This document shows, piece after piece, positions 22,815-32,735 of a stretch of 32,735 nt of DNA. This DNA comes from Mesotaenium endlicherianum. Taxonomy: Eukaryota. Location of the stretch: contig WELA01001893.1 of NCBI GenBank assembly GCA_009602735.1, positions 1 to 32,735 of the forward strand, written 5' to 3'. Position numbers and translations under genes: made by a program. Positions within the stretch are counted from its first letter, which is position 1, and the number at the start of each line of letters is the position of its first letter. The notes under the pieces are model-generated. The model did no database searches, was not told the origin of the DNA, and saw only the letters and a program-made list of their open reading frames with translations.

Positions 22815-25067
22815 CTGCCCTTAGCAACTTTCCTTGCTTCTCCTCTCTACCCTCTGTATACTTCTACAAGCATCACCAACCAAAGCTCCTCCTCCAAATG
22901 ACGCAACTAGGTAGCTCCAATACCATGTGAAAGGGGGAAGGGTGCGGGGAGTGCGCCATACACACTCACGCACCCTTACCCGCGAGTGGAAGCGTGCACA
23001 AGGACCTTTCCTAGTTGCATACACAAGGTGGAGTGGCCTGGTGGTGTGCCATCCTTGCAAGAGAGAGAGGGCTACATGAGAGTGGAGTGGAAAAGAACTC
23101 CCTCTATTAAGAAAAGTCGTGTACAAGATAAGAAGGTTAGACTAGACTAGACAAAAGCCCCTCTTTTATGCTTCAACTCTAAGTGTCCTCTCTAGCAAAG
23201 TACCTCCAGAACCTTCTACTATGGCTCCTTCTATGTAGGTGACCTTGCCTAGTTGGACAAGTGAAATGAATCTTGCTTATTCAAGATAAATATATTTCAT
23301 TTAAATATATAAGGTCAGAGATAGGTGGAAGCGTGTGAAATCAGGGAGCGATCTTCGCCCTTATAATGAATTCCGTTTACTCATCTATAACCCTTGACTC
23401 ACTTATCGTAGTGTGCCATAGTTGCACACGAATACAAGGCACAAGAAAGAGGCGAGCTGGAGGACTAGAGCTTCTCCTTTAGAAACTCATGACCTCTTGC
23501 CTACCAGGCATACAAGCATGTATAAGCACATACCCAACATCAGGGGACTGAATAGCAAAGGCGCTCTCATTCAGATGACCATAAAGTAGCTAAAACACAT
23601 CCCACTGGCTTAGGTGCAAAACCATGGAATCTGTCCGCTGTGTGACCCCAAAATGTCAGACGGTATAACTCTGTCAATACTGCTTCAAATTGAGCAAACT
23701 TAGCGGCAACGGATGCATCTTGACAAGACCTTTTCAAAAAGTCCTAGTTCTCTCCGTTTGGAGCGCAAACAAAGCAGCCATGTCAATTTCTGTGAAGGCT
23801 GGTCATTAGAACAAACCCAAAAGGTGCACACATGACTTGCAAGTAGAAATCCAACTGTAAAGCCTACTGTCCAGAATGAGGGACCACGAGATCCCAGCCT
23901 GCTATGTACCTAGTGACCACCTGGTTGACCACGGCGCAAGNCTGCCCTTAGCAACTTTCCTTGCTTCTCCTCTCTACCCTCTGTATACTTCTACAAGCAT
24001 CACCAACCAAAGCTCCTCCTCCAAATGACGCAACTAGGTAGCTCCAATACCATGTGAAAGGGGGAAGGGTGCGGGGAGTGCGCCATACACACTCACGCAC
24101 CCTTACCCGCGAGTGGAAGCGTGCACAAGGACCTTTCCTAGTTGCATACACAAGGTGGAGTGGCCTGGTGGTGTGCCATCCTTGCAAGAGAGAGAGGGCT
24201 ACATGAGAGTGGAGTGGAAAAGAACTCCCTCTATTAAGAAAAGTCGTGTACAAGATAAGAAGGTTAGACTAGACTAGACAAAAGCCCCTCTTTTATGCTT
24301 CAACTCTAAGTGTCCTCTCTAGCAAAGTACCTCCAGAACCTTCTACTATGGCTCCTTCTATGTAGGTGACCTTGCCTAGTTGGACAAGTGAAATGAATCT
24401 TGCTTATTCAAGATAAATATATTTCATTTAAATATATAAGGTCAGAGATAGGTGGAAGCGTGTGAAATCAGGGAGCGATCTTCGCCCTTATAATGAATTC
24501 CGTTTACTCATCTATAACCCTTGACTCACTTATCGTAGTGTGCCATAGTTGCACACGAATACAAGGCACAAGAAAGAGGCGAGCTGGAGGACTAGAGCTT
24601 CTCCTTTAGAAACTCATGACCTCTTGCCTACCAGGCATACAAGCATGTATAAGCACATACCCAACATCAGGGGACTGAATAGCAAAGGCGCTCTCATTCA
24701 GATGACCATAAAGTAGCTAAAACACATCCCACTGGCTTAGGTGCAAAACCATGGAATCTGTCCGCTGTGTGACCCCAAAATGTCAGACGGTATAACTCTG
24801 TCAATACTGCTTCAAATTGAGCAAACTTAGCGGCAACGGATGCATCTTGACAAGACCTTTTCAAAAAGTCCTAGTTCTCTCCGTTTGGAGCGCAAACAAA
24901 GCAGCCATGTCAATTTCTGTGAAGGCTGGTCATTAGAACAAACCCAAAAGGTGCACACATGACTTGCAAGTAGAAATCCAACTGTAAAGCCTACTGTCCA
25001 GAATGAGGGACCACGAGATCCCAGCCTGCTATGTACCTAGTGACCACCTGGTTGACCACGGCGCAAG
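22815..25067. other. Exact 1126-bp tandem duplication (22815-23940 = 23942-25067) around a single N; probable scaffolding artefact
   Basis: No mismatch seen between the copies; the junction is the N at 23941; the boundaries ignore element boundaries. Confidence 0.85.
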
Positions 25068-25647
25068 CTGCGCCATTTCGTGGGAAATCCGTTAAGTTGG
25101 GACCCACGGATCTAGGTATAACGACCATATTATTGGTCGGTTGACTAAAGTCCTAACTGTTCAGTTGACTGACGACGGCTCCGCCTACCCAGGATTTAAC
25201 CACACTAGTAGGACATTGGTTTACCGAATCTCAGTCGACCTCCCGACTTTCAGTATACTATGGTCACATGTGCCAATCTACAAATAATAATCTAAATGAA
25301 TATATCTATCCTCAGCGTACTGAAGCTAAGTATATTGACTAATATCAAGCGAGCTTACTATATGTCAAACTACTGATATTATATCCTATATAACTGATAT
25401 ATAAATCTCAGCAAACTATACTATGATACAAAAATCATCCTGCTGACCTTTTCAACAAAGTCAGCAAACTACACTATGATACAAAAGTCATCCTGCTGAC
25501 CTTTTCAACAAAGTAAGTATACGCGCATTACATCGACATACATTCATTTATATGAACTCGCACATGTGAGTATGTTGACATAATACTTATTTAGGGTTGT
25601 TTTTGTATATGAAATTTATTAAATGAATAATGGACTGGTTCATTACA
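24389..25647 (-). mobile_element. Solo LTR (1259 bp, element D) inserted in the 5' LTR of element C
   Basis: TG...CA ends; TSD ACAAG at 24384-24388 and 25648-25652; no coding sequence. Its minus-strand termini TGTAATGAA...GATTCATTTCA equal those of element B. Confidence 0.88.
25408..25513. repeat. 53-bp tandem repeat x2 in the inferred U3 of solo LTR D
   Basis: TCAGCAAACTAYACTATGATACAAAARTCATCCTGCTGACCTTTTCAACAAAG at 25408-25460 and 25461-25513, 2 mismatches. Confidence 0.9.
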
Positions 25648-27881
25648 ACAAGCTAGCACACTCACACGCACACAATCACGCTCTAGAATGATCTACTACA
25701 CAATCCACTAACTCCTCACGGAGTTTCTAGAATTTCCACAATCACTTTGGCACTCTACGTAATTGTACGTAGTTTCTGGAACCCTTGTGATTCAATGTCC
25801 TACTTTCTGGACTCCAACCAAAATTTTCGTCACTGGACCCGTCCTTGTCACTAAATTGAATCTGTGACACTAAAAACTCACTAAAAACTCCCAAAACTCA
25901 TAACTTTCTCAGTACTTGTCCAAATCACTTGAATAAAGGTCAAAGTTCTTCTCTATGCATATAAATTGCTAGAAAATTACAAACTACACCCTCATAACCT
26001 TACAACAGGTGCCTGACGGAGGAAGAAGTATCAGAGCGCCGATGCAACATCAATGTGGATCATTCGGTCCGCGGGCGCGCTGTTGGTGCTGAAGAGGCTG
26101 TAAGGGCAGAGCACGATTCTCGTTGTGTGGCTGGCGTTGTCAGGGAGGTTCCCCGGCATCGATCTTGCGCTCGGGTAAGGTATTATTTCCAGCACTTCCC
26201 AGGGCACTGCAGCCACTGCTCATGCCGCTTCTCCTGCTGCTACCCTCGCTTCGGTGTCGCTGCAGACTCATGTTGATGCTACAGCTTCAATATTATCCCC
26301 TGCTGCTGCTGCTGCTCCTGCTGCGCTCTTGCACCTGTTCCTGCTGAAGTGTTGCCTGCTCCTGCTGCTGTCACCGACGCCGTTCCTGGTGATACCACTG
26401 ATGCCAATGCTGAGGCTGCTGGTGGTCCCGCTCCTATTGCTCCTGCTGCTACTGCTGATTATGTTTCCGGCAATGGGGCAACAGAACAAGCAGCTTCCAG
26501 CGGGAAGCTTATCATCTGCTGGTGTACGCAGGCGTGGTCAACGAGACTTCATTGACAACAAGACCAAAGGTAGGCTTGTGTGCTTTTAATTGCATTGAAA
26601 ACATGTAATATGTCTCAACCTGACGGGCCTTCACTTAGATATCCATGATGCTTGCGAACATACTGAGGATCGAATGAAGAAATAGGGTAGGTCTTCCTCC
26701 TCCATGATGTTTTTGCCTCCAATGCCTAGAGTTAGCACATGCATCCAGGGTTACGCCGTACGCTTGTACGCTTTGTTCGACTAATACGCTAGTTCGCTTA
26801 AATCGGTGTTCAAAAAAATGGACTAGTTCGCTTAATACGCTTAGTACGCCAACGTCACGACGGCGTCGACGTTTAGTAGCGACGATGTCGACGTTACATG
26901 TCGGTCGCGCGTGTAAAAAAAGCACGTCATGCCAGACTGTTTATGTTGTTCAAAATGGCCGGTATTTTTGTCGGGCAATTACGAAATTGTTCTCAGCCCG
27001 AATTACGGCGACGATTTCGAAAATTGTTTTGAACTTCGTCTGTTTCGGGATGTAAGCAAGCGAATTTGAGTACCCACCGCCTGGTGCAAGGTTAAGACAC
27101 TACCCGACCGGTCATGTACGTTTCATAGACGAAATAGCCTTTAATTTAATATGTACCCAGCACCGCAGAAACGATTGGCGGATAACAAATTACAAAATTT
27201 GACCAAATGGATGGCCCCGGGCGCCAGCCGTTGGGTTCGAACCCCCGCCATCGGCTGCCGGAAGAGATGACTTACCAATTTTTCATTCCAAGTACTTTGC
27301 GACATTTGGCATAACTATTCCATCATATAGTGTGTTTTTACTGCTTTGTCCATGTTCTTTCTCGACGACATTCAATCATGCCAAAGCGGGGAGGGCCGCT
27401 TAGCAAACCCTACAACAAGCTTCAGTGAAGAGGTATAAATATAATTCAAAATCTTAACAAGCATGTGTGACAACTAAGAAGTTCTTATAAATGCCACATT
27501 CAAGAGTGACTAAAGTTAGACTAAGGATTATTTTGGTACTCTCTTTTTCTCCCTAACACTGGGAGGGCCACTTAACAGAGCATGCTTTTTGTACATTCTA
27601 ACTAGGTGATTGGTTCAATAAGAACACTTAGGAGTATCATTACTTCTTGAACGAGTAAAATTAGCTTTGATGTAGAAGTATAAACATGATTCATACTCTT
27701 TGCAAGCATGCATTAGAGGTTAGAGGTAATTCATAACATGTAAATCATTCACAAAGTACAACATTCCATGGAGTCATAGGGCACACAAAATTGATTTCAA
27801 ATATATTCATTTGCTCCACCTCCATTTTCTCTAATATGTACATGCTACCTCTAGTACATACAAGTTAGCTGACTGACACAT

Positions 27882-30800
27882 CTAGTAACCAATCGCTCTT
27901 GGCCTTCTTCTTACTGGAGCGAAAACACTAGGTCGCTCCTCCACCTCCTCTTCCTCTACCTCCATCTCCTCTTCCTCAGTCAACGAGGCATGCATGGCAA
28001 GATTGAGATCCTCCTCTTCAGGTGTCTCCAAGAACTCCGCTTCTTCAACCCATGGAGTCGCGCCAACACTTGGTCCAAGGAAGTCCAAAATCTTCTCCTG
28101 AAGTCTCACCATAGAATGCACGTCCACTAACTTCTTTGCTCTAGTAGGGAGCAGCCTATTGCGAAGTGGACTATGAACAAACCCGTACTCAGACCAATTT
28201 CTCTCACATGCAGCTGCTGAACCCGGTTGTGACAATATTCTCACAGCAAGAAGCTGAAGATTAGGACAATGACTTCCGTATGTTTCCCACCACTTGTGGG
28301 CAGGCATCATGATCTTATTAGCCTTGTGAACATCATTGCCAAAAATGTCACCGCTCTGCCGGTAGAGCACCAACTCTCAATCCACCAACGCTCGGTCAAG
28401 CACACTTCCTCCAACAAGGATATTCCGCACGTTGGACCAATCGATTACTAGACACTTCTCAATTGCCCAAGACTCATGGTCTTGGAACTCGGGGTCCAGA
28501 TAGTAGCTTGTAGTCAAACAAAGTCAAGAAGTAAGCTTTGTAAGGTCATAGGTTTATAAAGTGCATTTTTGAGTTTCATGAAAGTAAGTTTTGATTGTAT
28601 AGTAGTGTAGAGTGCATTTTTGTGGTCATTTTGATATAAAGTTCATCGAATTTGGTCAAGTATTGAGAGAGTTACGGATTTCTGAAGTTTAATTAGTTTT
28701 GAGGTCGGTTGATGACTGTGCTTAATTCGCGGCGAGCGCGACCGTCGGATTGACCGACAGCGTCGAGCGATCTGGCCCGTTAGAATGAACTCGAACCTTC
28801 ACGTAAGTTCGGCTGACGCGGAGTGCCGACTAGGTCGATTTACCTAGAAGTTTTGGTTTAGCCTAGCGCGTCTAAGATAGAATATTCTAGTAATATCGAT
28901 GCATGTATGTGGACGTCAATTCGGCCCGACACGTCAGATTAGACTGATCTGGCTTACTCACGAATATTCTGGAAGGGACGATTTGACGAACACTTAGGAA
29001 AATCCGTAGCTTCCTCCTAGGGAGGAGCACTTAGGCAGAAAATTATAAATAGGCATAACTTCTTTGTTTCTTATCAGTTTTCACTTCTGTAAATTTCTAC
29101 GGGTTTGTAATGACAAGGCCTTTCATCCTACATCATTTGTGAGCAGTTTCTTGCTACTCAAAATGTTGAGTAATTTTCCTAAGCTTTGTTAGTGATATGC
29201 CGCTGCACTCTCTAGTATGATGGCAACTAGTTCCTTTCCTCGTGAGTCACTACGCTTCCACTAGGGCACTTTGCCCCTTTCAAGCTTGGTATATGACAAC
29301 ACGATACATTTCACAAAAGAGAGAGCAATAACAACAGCAAGCACAACAATGACAATGACATTAACAATAACAATAACAATGACCAGCACACAATAACAAG
29401 CATGCAAGAGAACGCCAGCCGCCAAGCAAAAAAGGTGAGCAACATCAAAATAAACTTTTACCTGCAGGATGCAGGGGGTTGTGAAGCTGGGCCCAGCGAG
29501 CCTTTACATCCTTCTTAACTTGGGTTATTTGTGTTGGTTTGAGTCCTACAACCTCATGCACATGCTCTTTAATGGCACTCATGCGAGCCCAAATCTTCCC
29601 AAGAGAAGGTTGTGGAGAGTCGACTAGTCGAAGGAGAACTACAATCGGCTCACACAAGGCTACCCATACCTTCACTCGCTCCCAAAGTTCATCGTCGCGA
29701 ACTAGGTCTCTAATCTCTGTAGCCTCACCTACACAACCGTTCTTTGCCGCCCACTCGAGCCATCTTCTGTTAGACACCATAGCTTGTAAGGTATCCCTCA
29801 CAACAATGAGTCGTTGCAAGCAAAGGAAGTTACTAGCAAACCTTGTGGGTCCTGGTTTCAACAACTCTAGTTTATTCTCAAGCCTTGCCCCATGCCCACG
29901 GTAAAGAGCGTGAGGCATGTGGTGGTTTGCAACAAACCGGACCAAGTGCTTGAAGCTATTGATTATGCCCTCTAGCTCTTTCACCTTTCCTATGTCTTTC
30001 AACAGCAGGTCCAAAATACGAGCAGCACAAGGTGTCCAATATATGTGCGGGTGCTTCTCACGAACCACATTACAACCAGCTACAGTGTTAGTTGCAGAGT
30101 CTGTGCAAAGCTGTACGACATGATCGGCCCCTATTTTCTCCACGGCCGCAAGCAGGTGGCTACCAATGTACTTACCCGTTTTCCTTTCACCCTCAGTGTT
30201 GATAGCATCCATGAACATTTCAGTGCCTCCCACAACCATAAGCACGTTAAGAAGAGGGTGCCCGCATGGATCGGTCCACCCATCTCCTACAATGCCACAA
30301 CCCATCTGTGGTAGTCTCTTTTTTTGTTTCTTCTCCCAAGCCTCTATCTTCGTCACCTCTTCATCTAGTAGGGTACTTTTGAGAGGCTTATTCTTCATCG
30401 GGACATACACTAGATCCGTTTCTTGGGTGTACTTACTGACAGCAACCAACATGTTCCTAAAGAAGTCACTGCGAGCAACACTGAATGAGCAACCAGTGCC
30501 ATAGAAGAAGCGGGCGACAGTTTCATGAACAGCATCAGCATTCATCTTCTGGAACATGTCACTTATAGAGGTCTGCCCTGACTCCCTGCCTAAGGAGGGG
30601 GAATCTCCAGCACTTGCACAACCCCATTTATGCACGCGCTTTTGTGCAGCTTGTATGACACTCTTCCTACGTCGCGTTCCTAATAGAGAATTAGCCATAC
30701 GGTTTCTACGGCTAAATATGAGATCTAGAACTTCATCGAGAACATCCTCACACTGACTAACATCCTTACAGCCTCCTGTAAAATGGCCACAAATTCGCGT

Positions 30801-31010
30801 GACTCCACCGGTAAACTCCCTGGGGCAGTAGTTGCACTTCACCTTCGGATATGTATTCCTGGACTCGGCTTCCACAACGATGGTCACATGGTCCCACTCT
30901 GGACCAGACCTTGCAGCAACTGCCCTAGGGGCAAGACGAGCGGTCAACGCTGCAGTGGACGTCCTCATTCCACCAAGTATTGCTCCAGACAAAGTGCATG
31001 GTTGAGACAT
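27882..31010 (-). pseudogene. hAT transposase (BED zinc finger, DUF659-type catalytic region, C-terminal dimerisation domain), two exons: 31010-29462 and 28507-27882
   Basis: WDHV...CNYC...H...C BED finger; GDGWTD, TDSA, TRFAS, LHPAG|YYLDPEF, WWETYG...LAVRILSQP...CERNWS. Lesions: acceptor AG>AA (28509-28508), in-frame TGA at 28379-28377, CxxH motif reads CAAR, and a solo LTR in the intron. Confidence 0.92.
28539..29282 (+). mobile_element. Solo LTR of family A (744 bp) in the hAT intron
   Basis: Reverse complement of the element A LTRs; TSD AGCTT at 28534-28538 and 29283-29287; no PBS or PPT flanks. Confidence 0.97.
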
Positions 31011-31129
31011 GATGCGCGTGAAACCTGCAATAACGAAGTACAGTAACAACTTGTAAGAGACATAATAAAATGCTATTCAAATGCCATCTAAACAAGCAAA
31101 AATGCAACAATAAGCAAACAAGAGAGCAG

Positions 31130-32735
31130 GCAATCCCAACAAAAGCAAGCAAGGGGCAGGCAGTCCGCCCCAACTACAACCCTAAAACAGCAAGCAAGGG
31201 GCTGGCAGCCAGCCCTGACAGGAGCACGCACAAAGTTGGCCGCCAGCCCCGACAGGAGCAAGCACGACAACAGCAGGCCCCAACTAAGACACTAAAACAG
31301 CAAGCACGGGCTGGCCGCTAGCCCCAACAGCAGCAAGCAAGGGGCTGGCAGCCAGCCCCGACAAGAGCATGCACGGGTTGGCCGCCAGCCCCGACAGGAG
31401 CAAGCAGGACAATAGCCAGCCCCAACTAAGACCTTAAAACAACAAGCAAGCCCGCCCCGACTAAACCCGAAAACAGCAAGCACGGGCTGGCTGCTAGCCC
31501 CAACAGCAGCAAGCAAGGAGCTGGCAGCCAGCCCCGACAAGAGCACGCACGGGATTGGCCGCTTGCCCCAACAGGATCAAGCAAGACAATAGCCAGCCCC
31601 GACTAAGACCCTAAAACAGCAAGCAAGCCCGCCCCGACTAAACCCTGAGACAGCAAGCACGGGCTGGCTGCTAGCCCCAACAGCAGCAAGCAAGGGGCTG
31701 GCAGCCAGCCCCAACAAGAGCAAGCACAAGGCTGGCAACCCGCCTCGACAAGAGCAGGCATGGGGCTGGCAGCCAGTCCCGACAAGAGCGCGCACGGGGT
31801 TGGCCGCCATCCCCAACAGGAGCAAGCAGGACAACAGATAGCCCCAACTAAAACCCTAAAACGGCAAGCAAGCCCGCCTCGAATAAACCCCTAAACAGCA
31901 AGCACAGGCTGGCAGCTAGCCCCAACAGCAGCAAGCAAGGGGCTGCCAGCCAGCCCCAACAAGAGCAAGCACGGGGCTGGCAGCCAGCCTCGACAAGAGC
32001 ACGCACGGGGTTGGCCGCCAGCCCCAACAGGAGCAAGCAGGACAACAGCCAGCCCCAACTAAGACCCTAAAACAGCAACCAAGCCCGCCCCGCCTAAACC
32101 CTAAAACAGCAAGCACGGGCTGGCTGCCAGCCCCAACAAGAGCACGCACGGCGCTGGCAGCCCGCCCCGACAAGAGCAAGCACGGGGCTGTCAGCCAGCC
32201 CCAACAAGAGCACGCACGGGGTTGGCCGCCAGCCCCAAGAGCAACAAGCAAGGGGCTGGCAGCCAGCCCTAACAAGAGCACGCACGGGGCTGGCAGCCCG
32301 CCCCGACAAGAGCAAGGACGGGGCTGGCAGCCAGCCCCAACAAGAGCACGCACGGGGTTGGCCGCCAGCCCCAACAGGAGCAAGCAGGACAATAGATAGC
32401 CCCAACTAAGACCCTCAAATAGCAAGCCAACCCGCCTCGACTAAATCCTAAACAGCACGCACGGGTTGGCTGCTAGCCCCAACAGCAACAAGCAAGGGGC
32501 TGGCAGCCAGCCCCGACAAGAGCAAGCACGGGGCTGGCAACCAGCCCCGACAAAAGCACGCACGGGGTTGGCCGCCAGCCCCAACATGAGCAAGCAAAAC
32601 AACAGCCAGCCCCGACTAAGACCCTAAAACAGCAAGCAAGCCCGCCCCCACTAAACCCTAAAATAGCAAGCACGGGCTGGCTGCTAGCCCCAACAGCAGC
32701 AAGCAAGGGGCTAGCAGCCAGCCCCGACAAGAGCA
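31130..32735. repeat. Complex tandem array of ~34-bp monomers with an internal palindrome and higher-order structure; runs off the window end
   Basis: Consensus monomer GCAAGCACGGGGCTGGCAGCCAGCCCCAACAAGA, interspersed with ACTAAGACCCTAAAACA / ACTAAACCCTAAAACA variant monomers. Confidence 0.92.

Larger units (their letters stand above)
19005..26004 (-). mobile_element. Non-autonomous (LARD-like) LTR retrotransposon related to element A (element C)
   Basis: 3' LTR 19005-19701; PPT AGGAGGGGGATGA at 19702-19714; PBS TGGTATTGGAGC at 22914-22925; 5' LTR split by a solo LTR; TSD GCAGG (19000-19004) / ACAGG (26005-26009). The interior has no long ORF. About 21450-21750 is clearly homologous to A 4025-4330 (protease-RT linker); no RT, RH or IN is recognisable. 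Confidence 0.88.
24055..26004 (-). repeat. 5' LTR of element C, in two pieces (24055-24388 and 25653-26004); the first piece also appears at 22928-23261 in the duplicated block
   Basis: Homology to 19005-19701 stops at GGACAAG and resumes at CTAGCACAC after a second ACAAG. Confidence 0.9.
9594..26686 (+). pseudogene. Decayed gene of unknown identity split by elements B and C (segments 9594-10125, 18945-19004, 26010-26569, 26639-26686)
   Basis: Removing B and C plus one TSD copy each gives a stop-free frame from 9841 to 26276 (...EPWTVGV|TIMEAYLIDTAAVEEYRHGR|CLTEEEVSERRCNINVDHSV...). There is a frameshift near 9850, an Ala/Pro-rich tail with further frameshifts, and a likely 69-nt intron at 26570-26638 (AAG|GTAGGC...CTGAC...TTAG|). 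Confidence 0.6.
26746..32735 (-). mobile_element. hAT-superfamily DNA transposon (element E); other end outside the window
   Basis: hAT transposase inside. Candidate terminus CAGGGTTACG at 26746 is followed by about 8 clustered TWCGCY subterminal hexamers up to 26850. The partner TIR and TSD are not visible, so the boundary is inferred. Confidence 0.65.

Noticed and set aside
22928..24388. Three-LTR or tandem element structure for C
   Set aside because: Explained by the exact duplication around the N at 23941.
26028..26037. GTATCAGAGC resembling the canonical plant PBS next to the LTR of C
   Set aside because: It lacks the TGG start, lies outside the TSD on the wrong side and strand for C, and falls within the reconstructed gene frame.
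27215..27292. Functional tRNA gene
   Set aside because: Only the B-box is good; no acceptor stem or anticodon arm could be built.
29325..29400. ACAATR-rich stretch as a distinct element
   Set aside because: A degenerate microsatellite in the U/G-rich hAT intron.
31170..32665. Telomere or interstitial telomeric tract
   Set aside because: CCCTAAA(A) appears only as single units inside larger monomers, never in tandem.
31070..32730. Many Leu/Cys/Gly-rich ORFs in the array
   Set aside because: These are translations of the tandem repeat in several frames, with no domain signal.
31130..32735. CRISPR array (palindromic ~34-bp periodic repeats)
   Set aside because: The sequence between palindromes is itself repeated rather than unique spacers; there are no cas genes; the context is eukaryotic.

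Overview
Eukaryotic, transposon-dense DNA, most likely from a green-plant (streptophyte) genome: PBSs are tRNA-iMet type, introns are GT-AG, and decay is biased to CG and CHG sites. There are no prokaryotic features. About 85% of the window is nested mobile elements. (A) A structurally intact Ty3/gypsy chromovirus at 404-6546 (-), TSD CCAAC. (B) A second chromovirus family at 10126-18939 (+), TSD GAGTC. Its pol is frameshifted, and it carries an extra intact 555-aa sense ORF of unknown function between pol and the 3' LTR. (C) A non-autonomous relative of A at 19005-26004 (-), whose 5' LTR is split by (D) a 1259-bp solo LTR. A 1126-bp exact duplication around a single N in this region is probably an assembly artefact. 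(E) A decayed hAT transposon from about 26746 to the window end, with a solo LTR of family A in its intron and a palindrome-containing ~34-bp higher-order tandem array upstream. The insertions interrupt two divergent, decayed, intron-containing genes of unknown identity; one can be re-joined in frame across two insertions. The most interesting signals are the extra ORF of B with its apparent own splice and PPT architecture, a U5 motif in three LTR families that matches the D-arm of tRNA-iMet (extended primer binding), a variant PBS shared by three families, and a conserved -1 frameshift module. All counts and alignments were made by eye.
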